DNA of 64,000 nucleotides from Trueperaceae bacterium (GCA_965213705.1 OZ243913.1:2016001-2080000), one strand, 5' to 3'. Positions 50,213 to 61,807 are shown, counted from the stretch's first letter. Made by a program: numbers and translations. The notes: generated from the letters alone by a model not told the origin.

Positions 50213-51355
50213 TTACGCTTCTGCGAAAGCGCGGCAACGCGCCACCGCTTCGGCAAAGTGCGCGGCGGCTTTTGTCAGCACGCCCTCGCTCAGCCCGTAG
50301 CCGAGCGAAAACCGCACGCTCGCTTTGGCCGCTTCGCGGGACAGGCCCATCGCCGTGAGGACGTGGCTCGGCTCTATACTGCCCGCCGCGCACGCCGACC
50401 CGGCGCTGACAAAAAGGCCGAGCGCGTCTAGGTTCATGAGCAACGCCTCGCCGTCCACGCCACGCACGAAAACGTTGCTGTGCTTGGGGCCGCGCGGCGC
50501 GCCCGCACCGTTGACGCTCACGCCGTTGACGCTCAGCAACTTGCGCTCGAACCCGTCTCGCAACGTTCTCAAGGCGCGGGCCTCATTCAAACGCCCTCCG
50601 GCCAGTTCCGCCGCGCGGCCCAGCCCGACGATGCCCGGCACAGGGTGCGTACCCGCCCGCAAACCGCGCTCTTGTTCGCCGCCGTAGAGAATAGGCGAGA
50701 GGTCCAGCCCCTCCCGCACATAAAGCGCCCCCACCCCTTTGGGGCCGTAGACTTTGTGACCCGAGACGCTCAATAGGTCGACACCCCACTCGTCGACGTT
50801 CACCTCTTCGAACCCGAAAGCCTGTACGGCGTCGCAGAAAAAGAGGGTGTCCGTGCCTCGCAACAGGTCGCCGACGGCGGCAACGTCGGTGCGCACGCCG
50901 GTTTCGTTGTTGACCGCCATGAGCGCCACGAGCAGGGTGTCGTCGCGGAGCACCTCGGCGACTTGGCCTACCGAGACTTCGCCACGCTCGTTCGGTGCCA
51001 AATACGTGACGTCGTACCCTTGGGTTTCCAAAACCCGGCAGGTGCTCAGCACCGCCGCGTGCTCTATGCGGCTCGTGACGAGGTGACCGCCCGGACGTTG
51101 CGCGGCGGCCCCCCGGATAGCCTGGTTGTCGGCCTCGGTCGCGCCGGAGGTAAAGATGATTTCTTTGGGCCGCGCCCCGAGCGCCGCGGCGACCTGGTCG
51201 CGTGCGGTCGCAACGGCTTTTCTGGCGGCCTGCCCGGGCCGGTGCAAGCTCGAGGGATTGCCGTAAACCTCTCTAAAAAAAGGCAGCATCGCCTCTAAAA
51301 CGCGCGGGTCGAGCGGTGTGGTGGCGGCGTAGTCAAGGTAGAGTTCCATTTTCAA
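50213..51355 (-). CDS. iscS: Cysteine desulfurase (class I)
   Basis: YLDYAATTP, GNPSS, TSGATEA, SGHKVYGPKG, SAGSAC. Confidence 0.93.
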   Translation of the reverse strand: MKMELYLDYAATTPLDPRVLEAMLPFFREVYGNPSSLHRPGQAARKAVATARDQVAAALGARPKEIIFTSGATEADNQAIRGAAAQRPGGHLVTSRIEHAAVLSTCRVLETQGYDVTYLAPNERGEVSVGQVAEVLRDDTLLVALMAVNNETGVRTDVAAVGDLLRGTDTLFFCDAVQAFGFEEVNVDEWGVDLLSVSGHKVYGPKGVGALYVREGLDLSPILYGGEQERGLRAGTHPVPGIVGLGRAAELAGGRLNEARALRTLRDGFERKLLSVNGVSVNGAGAPRGPKHSNVFVRGVDGEALLMNLDALGLFVSAGSACAAGSIEPSHVLTAMGLSREAAKASVRFSLGYGLSEGVLTKAAAHFAEAVARCRAFAEA

Positions 51356-51486
51356 CCTCGGCGCATCCCGTCCCGGGCGGGAAGGTGGGTGCGTTTGCTT
51401 TCTACTCGGTACTTGTTACTCCGTACTCGGCGCTTTTCACGGTCCCGCTCCCGGCTCGTCGCGTCCAGTATTTGGGGCCGCAAAAG

Positions 51487-51933
51487 CTAGTTGGCCGCGA
51501 AGTGTTCGGGCAGCGCCTCGAGCTGCAACAAACCTCGCTCGGCTACTAGGTCGGCCAAGGTGGTCGAGCGCAGCACTTCGCGCACGGCGGTGTCCACACG
51601 CCGCCACAAGCCTTCGGTCGAGCAGTTGCCGGTGCGCTCGCAAGTTTCTTCGTCGTCGATACAGGTGACGGGGGCCAGGCTGCCTTCTAGCAGTTCGACA
51701 ATCTCGAGCGCGTCTATTTTGTCCAGCGCCCTGGTGACCCGGTAGCCGCCGTGCGCCCCGCGCAACGCCTCGACGTAACCGGCGCGGCGCAGCACCGCGA
51801 CAATCTGCTCCAAGTAAGGCTGACTGATGAGCTGCCGTTCGGCGACTGTTTTTAAGCTCACCGGCTCGTTGCCGCTTAAAGCAATCTCGACCAGGGCGCG
51901 CATTCCGTACTGCGCTTTAGTTGAAATCCACAA
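51487..51933 (-). CDS. Rrf2 family regulator (IscR/CymR-like, three cysteines)
   Basis: YLEQI, RGAHGGY, CIDDEETCERTGNC. Confidence 0.9.
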   Translation of the reverse strand: MWISTKAQYGMRALVEIALSGNEPVSLKTVAERQLISQPYLEQIVAVLRRAGYVEALRGAHGGYRVTRALDKIDALEIVELLEGSLAPVTCIDDEETCERTGNCSTEGLWRRVDTAVREVLRSTTLADLVAERGLLQLEALPEHFAAN

Positions 51934-52111
51934 GGTTCACCGCCGTAAACTGTCGCTCGTCTTAAGTGTAGCAGTTGTGTGTGGCAAGCCAGCCACACCC
52001 CGTCCCGACGTCAGTATAGCGAAGCCGGGGCGCAGGATACGCTTTTTACGGACATGGCTTTTGACGCGCCCTGGAAAACGGCTTTGCGCTTGCTTGTTTT
52101 GTTTAGTCTTC

Positions 52112-52218
52112 CGCGTGACATTGAGACAAATTGGTCTTGACCTTACCTCCCTTTTTAGGGGAGGTAAGGTCTGCTTCTGAACTTGCGCGTTGGTTACGTC
52201 TCAGTCCTCTTGGAACCG
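52112..52218. repeat. Dispersed intergenic repeat, copy 2, with a 13-bp hairpin at 52139-52171
   Basis: Aligns with 39191-39307. Confidence 0.85.
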
Positions 52219-52470
52219 TTGGTTGATGCTTGCCGGACGTTCGCGGTTGGCAGTTTTAGAGGGATTTCACTACTACAGCTCGTAAACCTTGGAAGAGACT
52301 TTATCTTTATAGAAATCCGTATTTTTCTCGCTCTGCTCGCATTTAATCCCGAGGGAACCAAAAGGAAAGGGTATGAGTTGGCATCTGCAAACGACGGCGA
52401 AAGATGAAAAACGGTTTGGTCGTCGGCGTTCAGGGCGTGGCGCGGGGCTCACGCGTACGGCTGGGTTTTG

Positions 52471-52860
52471 TCAGGCGCTCGCTATGGCTTTGCGGGCGAG
52501 TTCGACGAGTTGGCTGGGCCGAAAGGGCAGCTTGAGTTGGGCGACGTCCAGGACGACCTCGCCGAACTCGCCGGCCGCTTCGCCACCCGCCAACTCGCCA
52601 CCGGTCAATTCGCCACTGGTCAACTCGCCACCCATCAAAAGGATGACCGGCACGGAGCGCGCGCCGAGGTTGGTCAAGCTGCCATACGTTTCAGTCGGCT
52701 GCTTGCCGACCACGATGAGGTCAACGCTGTGCCGTGAGACTTGCTCGCTCGAGCCTTCTCCGGTAGTGGTCGACACCACCTCGAACCCTTCTTGTTCGAA
52801 ACGGCTTTTGAGCAGCGCCAGCATGTGAGGTTCGGCGTCGACGAGTAGGATTCGTGGCAT
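52471..52860 (-). CDS. Degenerate stand-alone receiver-domain protein
   Basis: RILLVD, DLIVVG, LPF; internal GELT/GELA repeats. Confidence 0.65.
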   Translation of the reverse strand: MPRILLVDAEPHMLALLKSRFEQEGFEVVSTTTGEGSSEQVSRHSVDLIVVGKQPTETYGSLTNLGARSVPVILLMGGELTSGELTGGELAGGEAAGEFGEVVLDVAQLKLPFRPSQLVELARKAIASA

Positions 52861-52950
52861 AGCGTTTTTTACTTTAGCGCGCCCTTTCGCCCCCGTCTGT
52901 GCAATTTGCCGAGCGCCCCGGCTGACGGCGCGACTCAAGTACGACCGCCG

Positions 52951-54039
52951 CTACTGCAAGTAGCCAAGCGGGTCGACGGTGCGGCCCTCAAAGCGGATTT
53001 CGAAGTGCAAGTGGGGTCCGGTGGACGCGCCCGTACTGCCCACCAACCCGAGCGGGTCGCCCTGTTCCAGCACCGACCCGACGCTCGTCAAAACTTGACT
53101 GAGGTGGCCGTAGCGCGTTTGGCTGCCGTCCGCATGTTCTACGAACACGACGTAGCCGTAAGCGCCGCCCCAACCCGCACGGCTCACCACACCCGCCCTG
53201 GCCGCGCCGACCGCCGTGCCGGGCGCGGCGGCGATGTCGACGCCGCCGTGAAACGTATTGCCGCCGACCGAGACGTTGCGCCGCCCATACCCGGAGCTGA
53301 CGCGGCCCTGCAAGGGCCAGCGAAAACCCGGAGGAGCTGGCTCGTAAGCGGCCAACAGCGCCCCGGCCCCTTCCAAAAGTTGGCGTTGCCGCGCCAAATG
53401 CACCTTGCGGGCGTCGGCCGGGGTGGGGGCCAAGGTGGGGACGGGGGTGTAGGCCGGGGCGGGTGTGGGCACGGGCGCCGCTACCACGGTAGGGATGAAC
53501 ACCCTTTGTCCCGCCGCGACGTAGCGCAGGTCGCCGAGCGCGTTGACCCGGCTGAGTTCGGCCGGACTGACGCCGTAGCGCAGCGCCACAGTTAAGACGC
53601 TTTCGCCGGTTGCCAGCGCGACGACCTCACCCTCGCCCGGCGGGACGAGTACGAGGGTGTCCACGGTGAGGCGGGCGTCGCTTGAGAGGTTGTCAAGCGC
53701 GGGGTTGGCGCGGCGCAACGTCGTTTCGGGCAGCCGGTAAGCAGCAGCCAAACCGCCCAGCGTGTCGCCCGCGACAACCCGGTGCTCGGCAACACCCACC
53801 TGCTCTCCCGGTACGCGCAACGTTTGACCGGCGAACAGCGCGGAGCTTGTCAAGCCGTTTAACTGCTTAAGGTCGGCGACCGACGTGTCGAACGCCTTGG
53901 CGATGGTCTCGAGGGTGTCGCCCGTCGAAATCACGTAAGTTTGACTGCCTTGCGCCGCCGCGAAAGCGCTCAGCACGACCCCCAACAGCAAGGCGGCTCG
54001 CCCTAAAAAGAGCCAGCCGCCTTTAGGCACTGCGTTCAC
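52951..54039 (-). CDS. LysM-repeat M23 family metallopeptidase
   Basis: Three LysM-like repeats; HGGVD, YGHL, STGPHLHFE. Confidence 0.92.
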   Translation of the reverse strand: MNAVPKGGWLFLGRAALLLGVVLSAFAAAQGSQTYVISTGDTLETIAKAFDTSVADLKQLNGLTSSALFAGQTLRVPGEQVGVAEHRVVAGDTLGGLAAAYRLPETTLRRANPALDNLSSDARLTVDTLVLVPPGEGEVVALATGESVLTVALRYGVSPAELSRVNALGDLRYVAAGQRVFIPTVVAAPVPTPAPAYTPVPTLAPTPADARKVHLARQRQLLEGAGALLAAYEPAPPGFRWPLQGRVSSGYGRRNVSVGGNTFHGGVDIAAAPGTAVGAARAGVVSRAGWGGAYGYVVFVEHADGSQTRYGHLSQVLTSVGSVLEQGDPLGLVGSTGASTGPHLHFEIRFEGRTVDPLGYLQ

Positions 54040-54054
54040 GCGTTCAGGCTAGCA

Positions 54055-55842
<1,788 letters not shown>

Positions 55843-56156
55843 GCTCTCTCCCTCTTCTACAAGACGACGCTTCGAACAAAGCTCAACGCCCGGTTCCAAG
55901 CCGACGACTTGTGATGGTTCGGTATTTTTAAGTGGTTCACGAACATCCTTTACCACTGCAAAGGCATACTCAGGTTAGGTCGCACTCGCCCAAGAAAACT
56001 TTTCGAAACGTCTGCGGTTCACCCAGGGGGTAAAACCAGGTTGTCAGGGGAGAGTGCAGCAAGTGTGATTGACTGTTGAGTCGACTGCTGCGTCAAGTAT
56101 ATGCAAGTTTTAGCCCCCTTGTAAAGCGAGCTTGGACACGGCCTGGTTTTTTTCAC

Positions 56157-56185
56157 TTTACAAAAAGACCTCGCGGGTCTATCCT
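56157..56185 (+). promoter_or_regulatory. Sigma70-type promoter TTTACA-N17-TATCCT for the T-box leader
   Basis: Canonical spacing upstream of Stem I. Confidence 0.6.
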
Positions 56186-56220
56186 GGTTGTAGCACCCCC
56201 GACCCTTACGGTCGGGGCGA

Positions 56221-56580
56221 ACAGGCGACGACGGGAACAGTAACTCGCCCGCACGGCGACAGCGAGCCGAGGACGGTGAAAGCTCGGCGGCACGGCGGCA
56301 AGCGAATATCCTCCCCGAGCCGTTTCCTGAACGGGGTCATTGGTATCATCAATGATTCATTGATGATACCAATGACCCCCACTAAGCGAAACCGCGAGCC
56401 GCGCGTGACAGCGGCGCACTCTCCGCACCGGCCTTGCGCCGTGCGGGCGGTGACGGAGGTCGGCGTTGTAAGGCGTCGGCGAAGTTGGGTGGCACCACGT
56501 TAAAGACACAAAGTGTCGCTGACGTCCCAACCTTAAAGCGTTCGCCCTATAGGGCGGCGTGGACGGGAGTCGGGACGTGC
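56221..56580 (+). ncRNA. T-box riboswitch with an Ile (AUC) specifier
   Basis: AGTA and GGTGAAA Stem I motifs; ATC at 56308-56310; T-box AAGTTGGGTGGCACCACG at 56482-56499; complementary CGTCCC and a downstream competing hairpin. Confidence 0.88.
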
Positions 56581-58064
56581 GTTTACGTTTAACCCTTACT
56601 GTAGTGGCACTTTTGGTGGGCGCTTTGGTGAGCGCACAAGATTACCGGGAAACCTCATGTCCGCGCCTGCTCATCCTGGGCGAGACCGAGGGCGACACCG
56701 TCACTTGCGGCTTTTTGAGCGTGCCCGAGAGCCGGAGCCGTGAGAACTCGCCGACCGTAGAGCTTGCCGTCATGGTGTTGCACGCGCGCTCGAGCACGCC
56801 ACTGGCCGACCCGCTCCTGTTTTTACAGGGCGGCCCCGGCGGCGCGGCGCTCTCGACCGCCGAGCTGTGGCGGGCGTCCGTGTGGCGCGACACGCGCGAC
56901 ATCGTCTTGTTCGACCAGCGCGGGACGGGCTACTCGAGGCCGAACCTCAAATGCCCCGAGTTGTACCAGGACCTGTACGCCGGTTTGGACACCTGCCGGG
57001 CTCGTCTCGCCAGGGCGGGTGTCGACCTGCGCGCCTACAACAGCCGCGAAAACGCCGCCGACGTCGAAGCGTTGCGGCAGGCTCTGGGCGTCGAAGCCTG
57101 GAACCTCTACGGTGTCTCTTACGGCACGCGCCTCGCCCTCACCGTGCTGCGCGACCACCCCATAGGCGTGCGGAGCGTCGTGCTGGACTCGACCTACCCG
57201 CCGCAAGTGCGGCGTTTTGCCGAGTTCGGCGCGAACTTCGAGCGGGCGCTCAACCAAGTTTTTACAACCTGTGCGGCAGATGCCGCTTGTACCGCGGCGT
57301 TTCCCGACTTGAAGCGCAAGTTCAGCACCCGCATCTCGGTGGCGAACGGCATCCCGTTCGAACTGTTCGACGGCTTCGAGGTCGACGGCGACGACCTGCT
57401 GTCCCTCTACTTTCAGAGCATGTACAGCGAGGCGGTGCTGCCCAACCTGCCCTACAGCATGAGCAAACTTGCCGAGCGCGAGGTGGGCGACGCGCTGCTG
57501 CTGCTGAGCGGCGTCGTCAGCGGGGAAGAGGTGGACGCCGGGCGCGCGGGCGGCCTGGCGATTTATAGGGTGGTGCTCGAGGCCCTGCAGTGGTTCTGGC
57601 GCGAGGTCCAGTCCGAGGGCGTCTTTTTCTCGACCGAGTGCCAAGAGGACGTGTCTTTCGAACGCCTGAGCGACGTGACGGCGGCGTCGGAAAGTTTGAG
57701 CGCCGTCGTGCGTCACCTCGTCGAGACCACGGGCCGCGACATGTTCGACGACTGCCGCGCCTGGCGCGTGGGGCGCGGGGACACTGTTGAAAGTCAGGCC
57801 GTCGTCAGCGACGTGCCGACCCTCGTGCTGGCCGGCAGCTTCGACCCCATTACCCCGCCGAGCTGGGGCAAGTTGGCGGCCGAAACCTTGCAGAACAGCT
57901 TCTTTTTCGAGTTTCCCAACGCCGCCCACGGCGTCTTTCTGAGCGGTGACTGTCCGGTCGGGATGGTTCAGGACTTTTTGGACGCCCCCGAAAGTGAGCC
58001 TGATTCAGGGTGTATTGCAGACATCAAGCTCGAGTTTTACATCCCGGAAGCGAGCGGAAATTGA
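56577..58064 (+). CDS. Secreted alpha/beta hydrolase (tripeptidyl-aminopeptidase-like)
   Basis: Signal peptide; GGPG, DQRGTG, GVSYG, DPITP, AHG. Confidence 0.88.
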   Translation: MRLRLTLTVVALLVGALVSAQDYRETSCPRLLILGETEGDTVTCGFLSVPESRSRENSPTVELAVMVLHARSSTPLADPLLFLQGGPGGAALSTAELWRASVWRDTRDIVLFDQRGTGYSRPNLKCPELYQDLYAGLDTCRARLARAGVDLRAYNSRENAADVEALRQALGVEAWNLYGVSYGTRLALTVLRDHPIGVRSVVLDSTYPPQVRRFAEFGANFERALNQVFTTCAADAACTAAFPDLKRKFSTRISVANGIPFELFDGFEVDGDDLLSLYFQSMYSEAVLPNLPYSMSKLAEREVGDALLLLSGVVSGEEVDAGRAGGLAIYRVVLEALQWFWREVQSEGVFFSTECQEDVSFERLSDVTAASESLSAVVRHLVETTGRDMFDDCRAWRVGRGDTVESQAVVSDVPTLVLAGSFDPITPPSWGKLAAETLQNSFFFEFPNAAHGVFLSGDCPVGMVQDFLDAPESEPDSGCIADIKLEFYIPEASGN

Positions 58065-58106
58065 GTTTTTTTCGGTTTGGGTCCGTGCTGAGTGGGCCGC
58101 ACCAGA

Positions 58107-58146
58107 CCCCTCAGTCACTTCGTGACAGCTCCCCTGAAAGGGGAGC
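58107..58146. repeat. REP-like double hairpin
   Basis: gtcac-ttc-gtgac followed by gctcccct-gaa-aggggagc. Confidence 0.55.
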
Positions 58147-58259
58147 GGGGGGCAAGGTCAAAGTGTGTCGCGGATTTCCAACCTGTTCTCAACGCTTTTG
58201 ACTCGGTACTTTCAACTCGGTCCTCGGTACTTTTTCCATCCTACCTTTGGGAGGTAGCC

Positions 58260-61200
58260 ATGTTCGACGAAGTTAGCGCCAACGTCAACTTTCCGGAATT
58301 GGAGCAGCGCGTCATAGAATTCTGGAACGCTTCGGACATTTTTAGAAAGTCCCTGCACAAAGACGCGCCGCAAGGTGATTACGTCTTCTACGAAGGCCCG
58401 CCGACCGCGAACGGGCGGCCCGGCGTTCACCACGTCATCTCGAGGGCGTTCAAAGACCTCTTTCCCCGTTTCAAGACGATGCAGGGCTACCACGTGGGCC
58501 GCAAGGGCGGCTGGGACACGCACGGCCTGCCGGTCGAGTTAGAAATTGAGAAAAAACTCGGCTTCAAGGGCAAAAAGGACATCGAGGACTTCGGCGTCGC
58601 CGAGTTCAACAAGCTCGCCAAAGCCTCGGCCTTCGAATACATCCAGGAGTGGAACGAGATGACCGAGCGCATCGGCTTCTGGCTCGACCTGGACGACGCT
58701 TACATCACCTACGAAAACGACTACATCGAGTCCTGCTGGTGGGTGATGAAGTCCTTGTGGGAGCGCGGATTGCTGTTCGAGGACTACAAGGTGACGATGC
58801 ACTGCCCGCGCTGCAACACGAGTTTGGCCGACCACGAAGTTTCGCAAGGCTTTGAGGACGACGTGGACGACCCTTCGGTGTACCCGAAGTTTCCGCTGCA
58901 CAAAGACAAGGTTGTAGCCAGTGGCTTGTGGCCTGTGGAGGACGGGCGGGACGTTTACATGATGGCCTGGACGACGACGCCCTGGACGTTGCCCGCGAAT
59001 ACTGCTCTGGCGGTCAAAGAAGACGCCGAGTACGGGCTGTTCGAAGCGCCTCGAGCGCATGGCTCTGAAGGAGATAAAGACCTCTACATCCTGGCGACGG
59101 CTTTGGCCGAGCGCGTTTTCGGTGAGGGCAACTACGAAACTCTCAAAACATTCCAGGGCGGCGAACTGGTCGGCCTCACCTACGACCCCATCCTGCAAGG
59201 CCGCGTGCCGGGTGGGGAGGACGTCTCGAAAGGTTTCCGCGTGCTCGCCGATGAGATGGTGAGCCTGGACGACGGCACGGGCGTGGTTCACTTAGCGCCC
59301 GCCTACGGCGACCTCGAACTTGGCACAACCTACGGTTTGCCGACGCTCTTCTCGGTCGATTTGGCGGGGGAAGTGTTTCCGGAGGTGCGGGCGCTACCCG
59401 GCGACCCGACCCCCGGCCCCTACACCGGCCAGTTTTTCAAAGAGGCGGACAAGGCGATTGCTAAAGACCTGCTCGAGCGCAACCTCCTCTACCGCGAAAC
59501 CCGCATCAAACACGCCTACCCGTTTTGTTGGCGCTGCCACACGGCGCTGCTTTACTACGCCAAAAGCTCCTGGTACGTCCGCACCACGGCGGTGAAAGAC
59601 AAGCTCCTGGCGAACAACCAAAAAATCGACTGGTACCCCGAGCACATCAAGGGAGGGCGCTTCGGCAAGTGGCTCGAGAACAACGTCGATTGGGCGCTCT
59701 CAAGAGAACGTTACTGGGGCGCGCCGCTGCCCGTTTGGGTGAGCGAGGACGGGCAGGAAAATCACTGCGTCGGAAGCGTGAGAGAGTTGGAAGAGTTGAC
59801 CGGGCAGGACTTTTCAGACCTCGAGCTGCACCGTCCTTATGTTGACGACATCACCTTCGAGAAAAACGGCAAAACCTTCCGCCGGCTGCCCTACACGGTC
59901 GACGTGTGGTTCGAGTCCGGCGCGATGCCCTACGCGCAGTGGCACTATCCGTTCGAAAACCGGGACAAGCTCGCCCCAAACTTTCCGGCGGATTACATCT
60001 GCGAGGCCATCGACCAAACGAGGGGCTGGTTTTACAGCCTCCACGCCATCGCCACGCTGCTGACCGACTCTGGCGCTGATGACGATGCTGGGGGACGTGA
60101 ACCGGGCGCGCTCGCCGCGGCGGGCGTGGCCGTGGACACCTCCTCGTTCAAAAACTGCATCGTGCTCGGGCATATCCTGGACGAAAACGGCGAGAAGATG
60201 TCGAAGTCCAAGGGGAACATCGTCAACCCGTGGGACGTCCTTAACGCCCAGGGGGCCGACGCGCTGAGGTGGTACTTGTACAGCTCGAGCCCGCCCGGTA
60301 ACTCGAAGCGGTTTTCGGAAAGCTTAGTTGACGAAACCTTGCGCGACTTTTTGCTGACGCTGTGGAACACTTACAGCTTTTTCGTCCTGTACGCCAACCT
60401 AGACAAACCGGACTTGAGTCGGGATGTTCCCGTAGCGGAGCGCAGCGAAATCGACCGTTGGCTCGTCGCCAAAACGAACACCCTCGTGCGGGATGTGACG
60501 GCGATGCTCGAGAACTACGACCCGACCGGGGCAACGAGGGCGATTCGCGACTTCGTGGTCGACGACCTTTCGAACTGGTACGTGCGCCGCAACCGCCGCC
60601 GCTTTTGGAAATCGGACACCGACACAGACAAGCTCGCCGCCTACACCTCACTTTATGAGGCCCTTGTTACCGTTGCGAAGTTGATGGCCCCGATGGCCCC
60701 GTTCGTAAGCGAAGAGCTGTACCGCAACCTCGTCTTGAATGTAGACAGCGCCGCGCCGGAGTCCGTCCACTTGGCACAGTGGCCGTCTTTCGACGCCGAC
60801 CTCATCAACGAAGCGCTGCTGCGCGACATGGGTGCGCTCGTGCGCGTGGTCGAACTCGGGCGGAGCGCGCGCAATGCGTCGGGAATTAAGACTCGGCAGC
60901 CCCTGAGTGAAGTGAAAATTGGGGCGCGGACTAATGAGTTGGTAGAAGGACTTCAACAGTTTGAACGGCAAATTGCTGAAGAACTTAATGTCAAAAACGT
61001 TGTTTTCTTGCTCACAACAGAAGATTCTATCGCGCGAAGCTACGTCGTTCGCCCCAATCTTCGCAAACTAGCTAAACGTCTTAAAAAGGGGAAGACTGTC
61101 CCAGCATTTCAAGAGTGGTTAAGGGCTTTAACACCAGAACAATTAAAGCTTCTTGCGATAAACATTCATAACGACTTTCCTTACACGTATAATTACATGC

Positions 61201-61745
61201 TTTTGACCTTAAATGGTGAGGATTACTGGTTTACTTCAGAGGATTTCGATGTGACACCTCCGCAAGAACCCACTTATATTGATATCACGGAGCAAGAATG
61301 GAGAGTAAACAACATCCAGAAAGATGAAGCAAGAATTCGAGCTACTCCCGTAGGAAATTTCATCTATGCTGAGGATGTGCTAATTGACGTTACTACTCCA
61401 GAAGGACAAGCTTCAGCAGAAAGTGATGGGTTTTATGTTGTCTTTGATGAGCAACTTACTCCCGAACTCGAGCAGGAAGGACTTGCCCGCGACGTCATCC
61501 GTCTCATCCAAAACGCCCGCAAGAACGCCGGGTTAGAGGTGTCGGACTTTATCCGGGTGGGGCTCGAGACCTCGAGCAGTTTGCAAAACGCCGTCGAAGC
61601 GCACCGGGAAACAATTGCCAAGGAAGTGCTCGCACGTGAACTGACGACCACACGCCTTGCTGATGCTTACGAAGAAAGCGCCGAGGTCGAGGGTACGCCG
61701 CTCACCCTCACGCTCAAAAAAGTGGCGGTTGCCGAGGCGGTTTAG
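58260..61745 (+). CDS. ileS: Isoleucine--tRNA ligase (type 2, long C-terminus)
   Basis: EGPPTANG, GWDTHGLP, WTTTPWTLP, DQTRGWF, KMSKS, SNWYVRRNR; GGAGG before ATG 58260. Confidence 0.96.
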   Translation: MFDEVSANVNFPELEQRVIEFWNASDIFRKSLHKDAPQGDYVFYEGPPTANGRPGVHHVISRAFKDLFPRFKTMQGYHVGRKGGWDTHGLPVELEIEKKLGFKGKKDIEDFGVAEFNKLAKASAFEYIQEWNEMTERIGFWLDLDDAYITYENDYIESCWWVMKSLWERGLLFEDYKVTMHCPRCNTSLADHEVSQGFEDDVDDPSVYPKFPLHKDKVVASGLWPVEDGRDVYMMAWTTTPWTLPANTALAVKEDAEYGLFEAPRAHGSEGDKDLYILATALAERVFGEGNYETLKTFQGGELVGLTYDPILQGRVPGGEDVSKGFRVLADEMVSLDDGTGVVHLAPAYGDLELGTTYGLPTLFSVDLAGEVFPEVRALPGDPTPGPYTGQFFKEADKAIAKDLLERNLLYRETRIKHAYPFCWRCHTALLYYAKSSWYVRTTAVKDKLLANNQKIDWYPEHIKGGRFGKWLENNVDWALSRERYWGAPLPVWVSEDGQENHCVGSVRELEELTGQDFSDLELHRPYVDDITFEKNGKTFRRLPYTVDVWFESGAMPYAQWHYPFENRDKLAPNFPADYICEAIDQTRGWFYSLHAIATLLTDSGADDDAGGREPGALAAAGVAVDTSSFKNCIVLGHILDENGEKMSKSKGNIVNPWDVLNAQGADALRWYLYSSSPPGNSKRFSESLVDETLRDFLLTLWNTYSFFVLYANLDKPDLSRDVPVAERSEIDRWLVAKTNTLVRDVTAMLENYDPTGATRAIRDFVVDDLSNWYVRRNRRRFWKSDTDTDKLAAYTSLYEALVTVAKLMAPMAPFVSEELYRNLVLNVDSAAPESVHLAQWPSFDADLINEALLRDMGALVRVVELGRSARNASGIKTRQPLSEVKIGARTNELVEGLQQFERQIAEELNVKNVVFLLTTEDSIARSYVVRPNLRKLAKRLKKGKTVPAFQEWLRALTPEQLKLLAINIHNDFPYTYNYMLLTLNGEDYWFTSEDFDVTPPQEPTYIDITEQEWRVNNIQKDEARIRATPVGNFIYAEDVLIDVTTPEGQASAESDGFYVVFDEQLTPELEQEGLARDVIRLIQNARKNAGLEVSDFIRVGLETSSSLQNAVEAHRETIAKEVLARELTTTRLADAYEESAEVEGTPLTLTLKKVAVAEAV

Positions 61746-61762
61746 GTACGAACCAGCATAGG

Positions 61763-61788
61763 GGAGAAGGTGAAATTTCACCTTCTCC
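61763..61788. repeat. Perfect 26-bp palindrome downstream of ileS
   Basis: ggagaaggtgaaa|tttcaccttctcc. Confidence 0.7.
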
Positions 61789-61807
61789 TCAAACCTTAAG
61801 GAACTGA

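Noticed and set aside
58092..58259. N-terminal extensions given by the ORF track for ileS (also xdhA, the anti-sigma, rho, and the 35822, 44608 and 45744 ORFs)
   Set aside because: Downstream starts have ribosome-binding or leaderless signals and match the family N-termini; the extensions cross repeats or neighbouring genes
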